Positions 31,368-42,341 are shown, counted from the stretch's first letter. The stretch is 64,000 nucleotides of DNA from Phormidesmis sp. (GCA_965248535.1 CBDFJR010000002.1:2304001-2368000), one strand, 5' to 3'. Program-made: numbers and translations. The notes: a model not told the origin generated them from the sequence alone.

Positions 31368-31602
31368 GCAATCCTTTTAAGCAGAGCACGACTCAAGCGA
31401 TTACTCTGATTTTAGGATCAGGAATGAAATTAAAGATCGCCTTTTAGACCCAAAGACATTAGCCTCGCGATGTCCCTCTACTCTTTGGCAAGGGTTAGCG
31501 ATCGCTCCTTGAGTGCAACGCTTCACTCGTGAGATGCTGGGGGTGCTGAATGAGAATCGGACGATTAATGTTTGGCGATCGCTGCCCTCAAAAACACAAC
31601 CT

Positions 31603-32085
31603 ATGATTATTCTCTTAATGGGTGTTTCTGGCTCTGGCAAAACCACTGTTGGCAAGCTGCTGGCAGACTCTCTGCACTGGGAATTTAGGGATGCTGATGA
31701 GTTCCATTCGCCGCAAAATATTGAGAAAATGCGGCAGGGAATTCCTCTGACTGAAGCCGACAGAACGCCGTGGTTACAAGAATTGCAGGCTGCTCTTAAG
31801 CACTGGCTACAAGAGAATAAGCAGGTAGTTCTAGCGTGTTCGGCGTTGAAAAATAGCTATCGTCAATCACTGCTCATCGATCACGATCGCATCAAGCTAG
31901 TTTATCTTAAAGGCTCGTATTCATTAATTCAAAAGCGATTGCAAGAGCGACACAATCACTATATGTCAGCCGACCTTTTAGAAAGCCAGTTTAACACGCT
32001 AGAAGAACCGCTAGATGCACTGGTGATCGACGTTGCACAGCCCACTCAGTTGATTATAGAGACGATTCGATCGGCATTGGAGTGA
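31603..32085 (+). CDS. gntK: Gluconokinase
   Basis: MGVSGSGKTT, DADEFH, GIPLTEADR.PWL, ACSALK, SQFNTLEEP; ATG 31603 preferred over 31513. Confidence 0.9.
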   Translation: MIILLMGVSGSGKTTVGKLLADSLHWEFRDADEFHSPQNIEKMRQGIPLTEADRTPWLQELQAALKHWLQENKQVVLACSALKNSYRQSLLIDHDRIKLVYLKGSYSLIQKRLQERHNHYMSADLLESQFNTLEEPLDALVIDVAQPTQLIIETIRSALE

Positions 32086-32120
32086 ATTACTTCTATTCAC
32101 GCTAAAAGTTTAGGGACAGC

Positions 32121-33953
32121 CTACTGATATCCCGCAGCTTGCAGGGCAAATAAATGGGCATATCGACCTTCAGCTTTGACCAGATCTTCGTGGCTTCCTT
32201 GTTCTAACACGGTGCCCACAGACAGCACTAAAATCCGGTCTGCCATGCGAACGGTGGAGAAACGGTGAGAGATCAAAATCGCCATCTGATCAGAGGTCAT
32301 TTCTCGGAAGCGATCGAAGATTTGCACTTCTGATTCGGCATCCATGGCAGAGGTTGGCTCATCCAATACCAGAATATCGGCTCTCGTTCGCATAAAGGCG
32401 CGAGAAAGGGCAATCTTTTGCCACTGACCGCCAGACAACTCTCGACCGCTCTTAAACCACCGACCTAGGCGCGTTTCAAACCCTTCGGGCATCTGCTCAA
32501 TAAAGGGCAGCGCGTTGCCTTTTTCGGCGGCTTCAACCCAGCGATCGGGGTCTTCTAAATGCTTCACGTCGCCCACGCCCACGTTTTCACCCACTTTGAA
32601 TTGGTATTGCATAAAGTTTTGAAAAATCACGCCGATGCGCTGCTGCAACACGTCTAAATTCCACACTTGCAAGTCCAATCCGTCGAGCAAGATGCGGCCC
32701 GAACCGGGCGTGTAGAGTCGGGTGAGCAGCTTGATCAGCGTTGTTTTGCCTGACCCGTTTTCGCCCACGATCGCCAGCTTTTCTCCGGGCTTGAGGTGAA
32801 AGGAGACGCGATCTAAAGCCAGGGTGTCATTGCCGGGATATTGAAAGGAGACATTCTCAAAGCGCAAGCCGTCACCGGGATGGGTGCCGCGATCGGCGTA
32901 GCCTTTGGGTTGGGGAATCTCTTGTTCTAAAAACTCATAGAGATTGGAGAGATAGAGACTGTCTTCATACATCCCGCCGATGGAACTGAGAATCGAGGCA
33001 AAGGCGGTTTGTCCCTGACGAAACACAACGAGATACATGGTTAACTCACCGAGGGTAATGGCCCCGACAATTGTTTCGATCACGATCCAAATATAGGCGA
33101 GATAAAAAGCCGCAGTGCTTATGAGACTCAGCAAATAACTCCAGGTGCCTCGCCGAATGGTGAGTTTGCGATCTTCGCCATAGAGCCGATTAAAGATTGT
33201 GTTGTAGCGATCGAGCAGCATTTGCCCCAGTTGATAAAGCTTGACTTCCATCGCGGGGGCTTCATTGGCGATCAGGAATTCTAGATAATTTTGTTCACGG
33301 CTTTCGGGAGTGCGCCAGCGAAATAGCCGAAATGCTTCGCCTGCAAAGCGCGTCTCGGCCACAAATGCCGGAACAGCCGCCACCATCAGCACAATCACCG
33401 CCCAGATCGAGAAGTGAATCAACAGCCCGCCATAGGTGATCAGGGTCAGACTGTCTTGCACCAACCCAAAGGTGCGCCCGACGAGACTGAGCGGACGACT
33501 TGAGGCTTCGCGGCGTGCTCGCGTCATCTTGTCATAAAACTCTGAATCCTCGAAGTGAGGAAGATCGAGCGTTAGGGCTTTTTCTAAGATCAGGACGTTG
33601 ACTTTTTGCCCCAACAACACCCGCAGCAGCGATTGACACAGGGCTAATCCTTGTTTGCTGCCTGCCAGAATTGCGACAACGAAGGCTTCTAAGCCTAAGT
33701 AATGCAGGGCAGTCCATTGGTCTGAGGGGAGCTTCGATCGTGACGCAATCACCACGCTATCGACAATCAGCTTGCCCGCGTAGGCGACGACTGCGGGTAA
33801 TAATCCGGCAATCAGGGTGAGGACGGCTATGAAAAGGGTGAGACGACGATCGGTGCTCCACACTAGGGCGATCGCCCGTCCGCAATATTGAAAGATGGAG
33901 AGAGATTGAGAAACGCCTCGTAAATAGCGTTTGAATGGTGATGTCTGATTCAT
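32121..33953 (-). CDS. ABC transporter, fused permease/ATP-binding protein
   Basis: GENGSGKTT, LSGGQWQ, LVLDEPT, ISHR. Confidence 0.92.
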   Translation of the reverse strand: MNQTSPFKRYLRGVSQSLSIFQYCGRAIALVWSTDRRLTLFIAVLTLIAGLLPAVVAYAGKLIVDSVVIASRSKLPSDQWTALHYLGLEAFVVAILAGSKQGLALCQSLLRVLLGQKVNVLILEKALTLDLPHFEDSEFYDKMTRARREASSRPLSLVGRTFGLVQDSLTLITYGGLLIHFSIWAVIVLMVAAVPAFVAETRFAGEAFRLFRWRTPESREQNYLEFLIANEAPAMEVKLYQLGQMLLDRYNTIFNRLYGEDRKLTIRRGTWSYLLSLISTAAFYLAYIWIVIETIVGAITLGELTMYLVVFRQGQTAFASILSSIGGMYEDSLYLSNLYEFLEQEIPQPKGYADRGTHPGDGLRFENVSFQYPGNDTLALDRVSFHLKPGEKLAIVGENGSGKTTLIKLLTRLYTPGSGRILLDGLDLQVWNLDVLQQRIGVIFQNFMQYQFKVGENVGVGDVKHLEDPDRWVEAAEKGNALPFIEQMPEGFETRLGRWFKSGRELSGGQWQKIALSRAFMRTRADILVLDEPTSAMDAESEVQIFDRFREMTSDQMAILISHRFSTVRMADRILVLSVGTVLEQGSHEDLVKAEGRYAHLFALQAAGYQ

Positions 33954-33970
33954 CTTTTAACGATAGCGTT

Positions 33971-36242
33971 CTAGACGAATTCATCGCATCTTTGCTTTTG
34001 GGCTAGGAGTCGGGATTGGGGTTGAGGAGCACTTGGAAGCGATCGTCTTGCCGAATGCCATCAAAATCTGAGTCTGTTTTTGCCATCTCTCGGCACTCGG
34101 AATATAAGTTGATGGCTTGTTGTAGGGTGGCAATGGCTAAATCAACGTTCTTCTGCAACCCATAACAGCAGGCTTTGTTGTAATGCGTCCTGGCATCATT
34201 TGGCTTGAGCGAGATCGCCCGATCGTAGCTAGCGATCGCGTTCGTCGTTGCGTCCTAAGCTTTGTCAGACAAGCGCCACGCCGCGGTTGTTCCACGCTTC
34301 GTGATAGTCCGGCTTGAATTCCAGGGCTTTGTCATAACTCGCGATCGCGTCGTCGTTGCGTCCTAAGGCAGACAGCGCCACGCCGCGGTTGTACCACGCT
34401 TCGTGATTGTCCTGCTTGAATTCCAGGGCTTTGTCATAACTCGCGATCGCGTCTTCTTTGCGTCCTAAGTCAGACAGCGCCACGCCGCGGTTGTACCACG
34501 CTTCGTGATAGTCCTGCTTGAATTCCAGGGCTTTGTCATAACTCGCGATCGCGTCGTCGTTGCGTCCTAAGGCAGACAGCGCCACGCCGCGGTTGTACCA
34601 CGCTTCGTGCTTGTCCGGCTTGAATTCCAGGGCTTTGTCATAACTCGCGATCGCGTCGTCGTTGCGTCCTAACGCCGCGGTTGTTCCACGCAGACAGCGC
34701 TTTGTCACTCGCGATGCCGCGGTTGTGTACCACGCTTCGTGATCGTCCTGCTTGAATTCCAGGGCTTTGTCATAACTCGCGATCGCGTCGTCGTTGCGTC
34801 CTAAGGCAGACAGCGCCATGCCGCGGTTGTACCACGCTTCGTGATCGTCCCGCTTGAATTCCAGGGCTTTGTCATAACTCGCGATCGCGTCTTCATACCG
34901 ACTCAGGTTGTATAGTGCATTGCCACAGTCAAAACACTCAGCAGCTACCGGATAGGTGGGATCTTGTTTTGCCATTCGACCCAGTTGTTTCAAGATCGCA
35001 GGCACATAGCGCCCCACATCCACCGCGCCCGTTTTCTTCATCTCAATCTGCCCATCCTGTGGCTTCAAGATCTGCTCTGTGGTCATCAAATAGTCCAAGA
35101 CGCGCCGTAACTGCCATTCTTGCCGCCAGCGCCGCACCCCACGCCCCGGCAACAAGCGTTTTGTTGTGGCTTCTAACATCGGTGGCGTTAACCAAAGATT
35201 TAAGCTCCGCAATAGCTCCACCGCATCATAGGCATACACCGCTAACGGATAGCGCTCCACTGCCTTTTTATACTTCTGTCGCCACGTCTCATCCAGCCTA
35301 GGCGAAAACTCCTGATTATTCACCGCCAAACCGCGATTTTGGGCAGTGCCCAAATTCAGTGTGATATTCCGAAACGTGCCGTCATTTCGCCTCGCAATCT
35401 GCCCATACTCCTCCGAGACTCCCCGCAACCCTGCCGCTGCCACGCAGTCTGTCAACAAACTGACAACGGCACCCTCAGACGGCTCCACCAACGAGTAGGG
35501 GTGAAACTGCTGCCAAAACGATCGATACTTCTCCCACTGGAGCTTATCTCGCGGCGATGTGTCCCCCGGCTTATCTGGCTCACGCTCATTTCGCGCCATC
35601 GCAATCACCCGCACATAGCCCAACTTGCCCTGATCTTCAAAATACTTCAACAGTCGCGGCAACCGTTCCTGCACTGGCTCCCGCAGGGGTCGCGCCACCT
35701 CTTCCAGCGCTTTAGGATGACTCTTATAATGAATGCCCGTATACATCCAGCGATTCAGATCATCTAAAAAAAACAGCAGCTTATCGTCAGGGCTAATCTC
35801 ACTGGGGAATTCCTTTGGCACATCTAGCCATTCCCCCGGTCGATCCGCCAGCTTCAGCACCGTCCAGCCCTCCCGGTTGAGCACCTCTGCCAAGTGAGCC
35901 GCTTCCCGCGTCTTGCCCAAGCCCGACTTGCCCAAAATCAAGACCCAGTTCTTTTCACTAAAGGCAATCTCTAGCTCATTACGGATATTGCGATCGGGCT
36001 GGCGCTCTTGATAAGGAATCTTGTAATCAGCCTAGAGCGTTATTTTCATCACCGCCCATGATTTCCTTCAGCAAGTCAGGGGTGTGAGGTTTGAACACCT
36101 TAAACGGGAAGTCGCCAGACGGAAGTTGGCGGAGGCGCTTTGTCTTGCGACGCGCTTCTAACCATTTGGTAGTCCCTAAGATTCCACCTGCGATGGTTCC
36201 GATCAGAGCAAGAATCTTAGTAATGTCGTCAAAATTCGGCAT
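33971..36242 (-). pseudogene. TM + P-loop NTPase + TPR-repeat protein, frameshifted near 36030 and 34240-34270 (pseudogene or assembly error)
   Basis: ORFs 36027-36242 and 34265-35941 join through a 1-nt shift; Walker A GKSGLGKT, Walker B FFLDDL; tail YNKACCY...AKTDSDFDGIR ending TAG at 33971. Confidence 0.75.
34200..34910 (-). repeat. Near-identical 102-nt tandem repeats encoding TPR units
   Basis: Repeated AWYNRGVALSALGRNDDAIASYDKALEFK; one scrambled unit near 34670-34730. Confidence 0.9.
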
Positions 36243-36293
36243 CGTCTACAGGAGTTGAGCAACTTGCTCACAATTCTACTGCGGAAGATTCAA

Positions 36294-36352
36294 GAAATCG
36301 GAGGTCTGATATCGGATCAGGTCAGGTTGGTCTGCGAGAACTTGCCCGATCG
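36294..36352. repeat. Dispersed repeat A, copy 1
   Basis: GAAATCGGAGGTCT...GGTCTGCGAGAACTTGC(C)CGATCG, shared with 37649-37711. Confidence 0.7.
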
Positions 36353-36400
36353 AAGCTCAGAATCTGCAAAGCCACAACGCGATCGCTGAGTTTTATTAAA

Positions 36401-36565
36401 TAGACCTCATGCATGAATAGAAATCTAGAGTAAGCTGCGCTGCGTTGAGTTCGGCTTGTGCCCCCTAAATCCCCATTCTGGGGGACTTTGAGCCAAATTC
36501 TGATTTCAAAGTCCCTCAGTCGTGGAGGATTTAGAGGGCGTTCATAGATTCGTGCAGGAGGTCTA
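36401..36565. mobile_element. MITE with terminal inverted repeats and a long internal hairpin
   Basis: TAGACCTCATGCATGAAT ... ATTCGTGCAGGAGGTCTA; internal CCCCTAAATCC..GGGACTTTGA / TCAAAGTCCC..GGATTTAGAGGG. Confidence 0.75.
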
Positions 36566-36567
36566 AT

Positions 36568-37485
36568 CTACGATCCTAATCCGCGCTGCACTCGGTAGTT
36601 AGCCACTAACCGCGCTTCAGAACCCGGCTCGATCGTCACGACATCATCCGCCGCATTTGCGGTTTCGACACAAATTAAGCGCTGATAGTCGGCATCATCT
36701 AAATCCGCCATACCTGCGGCGATGTCCACCCAAGGATTCCAGACGATCGCGGTTTTGCTGCCTTGAGCCGTGATGCAAATGCGGCGATCAAATACAGGAT
36801 CAGCAATAACGAGTTCTGCTGCTGTCACCTGGGTGTAGACGCGATCGACTTCTTGGGCGATCGTCACGGCACCAGCTTGCGTTTTTTCCACGCCCCCGTC
36901 GGTTTTATCTAAAAAGCTCACGCCGTCGAGACCCAAGACTTGCACTTGAGCAATGTCACCGACCTGAAAGTAAGTATGCAGCGCTTGCGTCAGGGTGAAG
37001 GGTGCATCTCCTTGATTGCGCGTGATCAATTCCACAGTCAAGCTTTCCCCGATCGTCACCCCTAAAGTCAACTCAAAGGCGTGAGGCCAGATGGCTTGAG
37101 TCTCTGGTGTGTCTGACAGACCCAGCACCACTTGGCTATCACCCTCGGCAGTGATCAGCGATCGCACCATAGTCCACATCCGATTGCGGACAAACCCATG
37201 GGCAGCGCGACCTAACCCTTCTGGATCAGCACCAAACCACGGCCAACAGATGGGAATGCCGCCCTTGATGGCTTTACCTGTTTGGTAATAGGCTTTTTCG
37301 CTCAAGAACATCACATCTTGGGTTTCAGATTTGGGCTGAAACGACAGCACTTGTCCAGAGTAGAGTGAGATCACAGCAGTGGCTTTGGCGTGGTTAACCT
37401 CGATGAACGGGAAGCCACCTTTGCCTTCAACAAACGTGATCCGATCGGTCAGACCGTGGTCGGTGTTTAGCTGTGCGATGTCCAT
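36568..37485 (-). CDS. D-hexose-6-phosphate mutarotase (aldose 1-epimerase family)
   Basis: AIKGGIPICWPWFG, HGFVR, ALHTYF, VWNPW, ICVETAN. Confidence 0.9.
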   Translation of the reverse strand: MDIAQLNTDHGLTDRITFVEGKGGFPFIEVNHAKATAVISLYSGQVLSFQPKSETQDVMFLSEKAYYQTGKAIKGGIPICWPWFGADPEGLGRAAHGFVRNRMWTMVRSLITAEGDSQVVLGLSDTPETQAIWPHAFELTLGVTIGESLTVELITRNQGDAPFTLTQALHTYFQVGDIAQVQVLGLDGVSFLDKTDGGVEKTQAGAVTIAQEVDRVYTQVTAAELVIADPVFDRRICITAQGSKTAIVWNPWVDIAAGMADLDDADYQRLICVETANAADDVVTIEPGSEARLVANYRVQRGLGS

Positions 37486-37648
37486 AGTGTTTGCCTACTC
37501 AGATTAGTCAAATTGATTCCGCACTCCAATCTACCGTCTAACTTGACCCAAGTAATAGAAGCTCTATCACTTGTTTTTGAATCTACGGCCCCAGTTTTAC
37601 CGAACCCATAACAGCCTGAGATTCTTTAATAGTTGCAAATTTCTCTAG

Positions 37649-37711
37649 GAAATCGGAGGTCTACCAAGGACTAGGCAGATGAAGTCAGGTCTGCGAGAAC
37701 TTGCGCGATCG
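37649..37711. repeat. Dispersed repeat A, copy 2
   Basis: GAAATCGGAGGTCT...GGTCTGCGAGAACTTGC(G)CGATCG. Confidence 0.7.
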
Positions 37712-37879
37712 CGACGGTCTACCAACAAACGCAACGGTTTGGAGTCTTTGAAACGATGGTAGGTCGAGATCCTGCGAATTTTGAGCAACCGTTTCAGACA
37801 GTCGCACCTTGCAATCGACGGTAGTGGTCGAGCGGGTGATGGCGGGAAACGCAAAAAAGGGAGCAAGGTCACATGGCGG

Positions 37880-38189
37880 TCTAGGAAATACCTTCTTTAA
37901 ATCTGCACCGATGTAGTCGTGAACCAATTTGTCGCGCATCCCTGCCATCAGCCGCCAGGGAATTGGTAGGATAGCGGATTTAAAAGTGCATAACACCCTG
38001 CAAGGATCTGTGGCGGAATGATTTTTTGGTAGCTTCACCCACGATTTCTAAGGCGCGAATGACAGCATAGTGAGTCCGTTTGTCTTGCTCAAAGGTGACA
38101 AAATCTATGCCCACCACAAACTGCATCGCGTCATCTGCATAGTTCACAATGTCTTGAAGGTAGTCTTGACTAGTGCGAGGTGGGGTCAT
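37880..38189 (-). pseudogene. HepT/DUF86 HEPN ribonuclease toxin, frameshifted and C-terminally truncated
   Basis: YLQDI...AVIRALEIVGEATK in one frame, IPWRLMAGMRDKLVHDY (RX4HXY) in another. Confidence 0.8.
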
Positions 38190-38539
38190 AGGGGCAAGAC
38201 CTCTTGAAGAATGCGATCGCCAATTTTAGGCTTGAGCGCACCTTTCTCGACTAGATCAACTTTGATGTGCAGTTCATCGCTCAGTTCATATTCCAGGGCA
38301 ATGAACTGGAGCAGGGTCAAGGGGCGATGGTCAAACTCAATCAGCAGATCAAGGTCACTGTCAGGAGTTTGTTCGCCGCGTCTATAGGAACCAAACACGC
38401 CTAGCGAAATCACTCCATAGCGATCGCGCAACTCTGGCAGCATCGCTTTCAAGGTTTGGATGATGCGCTCTAACGGCTCTCCTTTCTCTGAGGAAGAGAG
38501 ACTAGGGTTTCCTAGGTTAGTCGAAGGGGTAAAAGTCAT
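38186..38539 (-). CDS. MNT minimal nucleotidyltransferase antitoxin
   Basis: VFGSYRRGEQTPDSDLDLL (GSX10DXD), VDLVEK; ATGA overlap with HepT. Confidence 0.9.
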   Translation of the reverse strand: MTFTPSTNLGNPSLSSSEKGEPLERIIQTLKAMLPELRDRYGVISLGVFGSYRRGEQTPDSDLDLLIEFDHRPLTLLQFIALEYELSDELHIKVDLVEKGALKPKIGDRILQEVLPL

Positions 38540-38560
38540 AGGACGCTATGCGTTGGCATT

Positions 38561-38630
38561 GAGAGAAGACCTGCCCAAAATTTTATCGCCAATTCAGAAC
38601 ATAGTCGCGAGTCAGACGGCGATCGGGGCA
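38561..38630. repeat. Dispersed repeat B, copy 1 (70 bp), upstream of MNT-HepT
   Basis: GAGAGAAGACCTGCCCAAAATTTTATCGCCAATTCAGAACATAGTCGCGAGTCAGACGGCGATCGGGGCA. Confidence 0.9.
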
Positions 38631-38638
38631 GTGAGAGG

Positions 38639-39043
38639 TTAGGGAGTGATGAGTTGTAGGGCTGGAAAGTAGGTACGGTAGCGATTGACATCTCTGGTGA
38701 GTAGCGGCATTCCGGTAACGGCAGCGTGAGCACCAATGTAGAAGTCGGGCAGCGGCGATCGCCGCTCTCCCCCACGGCGGCGGTGCTCAAGAAAGCTTTG
38801 CCCTGCCAAAAAAGCAGCCTCGTAGGGTAAGGGGTCGCGCCGGAAGAAGTCGTTAGGCAAAACAGCTTCGAGTTCTTCGACCTGGTTAAACCCGATCGAA
38901 ATTTCGGCATAGATCAAGGGGTTGATCACGAGAATTCCCCGATCGGCATACTCAACAAGCCTCTGGGCTGACCACTCAAACCACTGGAGGTCTTCAGTCA
39001 ACACATCCAGAATGACGTTGCTATCGACCAAAACATCTGTCAT
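38639..39043 (-). CDS. vapC: PIN-domain VapC toxin
   Basis: VLVDSNVILD, IYAEIS, LPDFYIGAHA, LLTRD. Confidence 0.92.
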   Translation of the reverse strand: MTDVLVDSNVILDVLTEDLQWFEWSAQRLVEYADRGILVINPLIYAEISIGFNQVEELEAVLPNDFFRRDPLPYEAAFLAGQSFLEHRRRGGERRSPLPDFYIGAHAAVTGMPLLTRDVNRYRTYFPALQLITP

Positions 39044-39270
39044 AGATCATCACGAGTTAGCTGCATGATGTCTTGAGTGCTTAGGCGATTGGTGGCTTTG
39101 CCTCGCATCGCTGCAAGCAAGCTAAAACCCCGATGTTCAGCCTCCTTTTTACGAAGCTGAAGGGTTTCGCCCACAACTTCAATCTCGATCTCCGTCCCAG
39201 GCAATAATCCAAGCTGCTGTTGAATGTCGGGGGGAATGGTGATTTGTCCTTGTGAGTTGATTTGGCTCAT
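39040..39270 (-). CDS. AbrB/MazE-family antitoxin
   Basis: INSQGQITIPPDI...LGLLPGTEIEI; ATGA overlap with vapC. Confidence 0.88.
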   Translation of the reverse strand: MSQINSQGQITIPPDIQQQLGLLPGTEIEIEVVGETLQLRKKEAEHRGFSLLAAMRGKATNRLSTQDIMQLTRDDL

Positions 39271-39335
39271 AGATCAACGACCTTCTGAAGAATCCGTTCG
39301 TCGATTCGTGGCTTCAGCGCTGTTTTCATGACTAG

Positions 39336-39406
39336 GAGAGAAGACCTGCCCAAAATTTTATCGCCAATTTAGAAGATAGTGGCGAGTCAGACGGCGATCG
39401 GGGGCA
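39336..39406. repeat. Dispersed repeat B, copy 2, upstream of AbrB-VapC
   Basis: Differs from copy 1 by 3 substitutions and one extra G. Confidence 0.9.
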
Positions 39407-39523
39407 AATCGCTCCGCGAAGCTTTGAAGGATCGTCCCGCCCATTGGGAACCCTCAACCTATGCAGCCGCCTACCTTCATCCGAAACCAGTAGGTCGTAT
39501 CAACCCAAAAGAACCTTCACCCG

Positions 39524-40012
39524 ATGCCATACCAAAATATCTCCGCCAAACTCACCGACACCGATCTTCAAGACATCAAAACCGCCTTAGCGACGATCGA
39601 GACCAAACTGCCCTTCCTGATTCATCTCACGGTCGAAGAACGCCGCAAACTGTTCAAAATGGGCAACAAAAGTCTCGCCTTTGTCAACAACAGCCTCACT
39701 GCTGCCCAGTCTAACCCCGACATTTTGCCCGCCAGCTTTGACCTTGACGAATTTAGCAGTGACTATCAGCTTGCCGCCACCCTCTCCGAAGTCCATCTCA
39801 GACTGCAACAACTCACCGAAAAAGTAGACGACACCCTGATGGCCGTCAGCAGCGAAGCCATGACTAGCAGCCTCACCGTCTATGAGTACGTCAAAACCGC
39901 CGCCAAAAAGACCCCCGGACTGAAAGCGATCGCCGAGCAACTCAGCGAACGGTTCAAAGCCTCCCGCTCAAAGGCTGCCAAAGTAGACCCTATCTCCACC
40001 TCTGGCTCGTGA
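39524..40012 (+). CDS. Uncharacterised 162-aa predicted all-helical protein
   Basis: Clean ORF; amphipathic helices; LPFLIHLTVEERRKLFKMG, basic C-terminal tail. Confidence 0.8.
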   Translation: MPYQNISAKLTDTDLQDIKTALATIETKLPFLIHLTVEERRKLFKMGNKSLAFVNNSLTAAQSNPDILPASFDLDEFSSDYQLAATLSEVHLRLQQLTEKVDDTLMAVSSEAMTSSLTVYEYVKTAAKKTPGLKAIAEQLSERFKASRSKAAKVDPISTSGS

Positions 40013-40020
40013 GCTTATCG

Positions 40021-40293
40021 ATCAGAGATCACAACTCATCCATGAAGGAGAGCCTCTCGTCTACGAGTCTTGACGTTACTCTGACGAGTCTTGACATCTT
40101 CCTCCCAAGTCTTTAGGGGTCTCCTGCAAGCCTTTTAGCGTCTCTCGTGAGTGTTTGATGGTCTCTTCCGACTCTTTGCATCTAGGTCACGAGGAGTTGT
40201 ATTAGGTTGACGAGTCTCTACACCTCATTGATGAGTCTTTGCATCTCGATCGCAGAGGGTTGCATCTCCCCCGCGAGTTCTTTAGTGTCCTCA
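40021..40293. repeat. Degenerate 21-nt tandem array, 13 units in unbroken phase
   Basis: Units start every 21 nt from 40021 to 40273; approximate consensus RYGAGTCTTTRCATCTCNNYN. Confidence 0.85.
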
Positions 40294-40450
40294 TCACGGC
40301 AATGAATGATTTCGTCTCAGATCTCCTCTCGATCTTGCAGTCAAGGAACTCGCAGTTGGAGCGATCGCCCTGCGCTCAACAAGCGGAATGTGATTCAGAC
40401 CCCTTTGATTTGTGGAAGCGTTAGGGCAAGACTTGTTCTGCCCTCTGATC

Positions 40451-40483
40451 AAAAAAAGGACGGAAATGAATGATTCCCGTCCT
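40451..40483 (-). terminator. Probable intrinsic terminator of ahcY
   Basis: Minus strand AGGACGGGAATC...TTCCGTCC followed by a T run. Confidence 0.6.
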
Positions 40484-40517
40484 CACATATCAGAACTTTT
40501 TGACGACAAACTGATCC

Positions 40518-41807
<1,290 letters not shown>

Positions 41808-42193
41808 TTAAATACTTCGATGGTGAACTGAGAGGAGTCAAAAACTCCCCTAAAAAAAGTGCTTGCAATCTTCAGACCAAATCCTACCCAAGGTTAAACA
41901 GTTTTCATTCCTGCAGAGGCTTCTGTTACCAATCCAACTGTGATCAACCCAGGGATAGCCGCGAAAGAAACCGCCGCTATGGATTCTCTAGACATAGCCC
42001 GATCGCTTTCAGTCTGGCTAATTCCTGTGAAAGCTGGGCTTGCCGAGAGAGTGTCTTTGCTCTATAGGTTTACCGAGTTTCTGCAATAAGTCAAGTCAAA
42101 CTGAGGCGATTTGCTGAGGGATGCGAGTCTCCCCGATTAAATCTCTTCTAAGAATTAAGCAGTTTTGACCGCGATCGCCGCCCTTCAGACTAA

Positions 42194-42212
42194 AGTACAG
42201 ATTTACTATAAT
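42194..42212 (+). promoter_or_regulatory. Possible LexA box overlapping a TATAAT -10 element
   Basis: AGTACAGATTTACT (one mismatch to cyanobacterial AGTAC-N3-TGTACT) overlaps TATAAT 42207-42212. Confidence 0.45.
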
Positions 42213-42341
42213 TGAAGCGATCGCTGGTTCAAAAAGATCGCCAATCCTCCCTCAGAATGACCCCATTCGTAGTGTCTATGAACTACAATAGAGTTAAGCG
42301 ATTTTTCCTCACTTCTGACCACTCCAGCATTCATCCTCACT

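Noticed and set aside
34200..34910. Tandem repeats as a CRISPR array or DGR template/variable pair
   Set aside because: Units are in-frame TPR codons with no spacers; no cas or reverse transcriptase gene in the window.
38561..38645. Repeat B as an integron attC site
   Set aside because: The vapC stop lies in CCCTAAC, but there is no matching GTTRRRY, no long palindrome and no integron integrase.
39379..39940. ORFs 39379-39714 (+) and 39587-39940 (-)
   Set aside because: Overlap the better 162-aa ORF; the first starts inside repeat B.
40239..40424. 61-aa ORF as the explanation for the 21-nt array
   Set aside because: TTG start, covers only the last units, and the same frame has stops earlier in the array.
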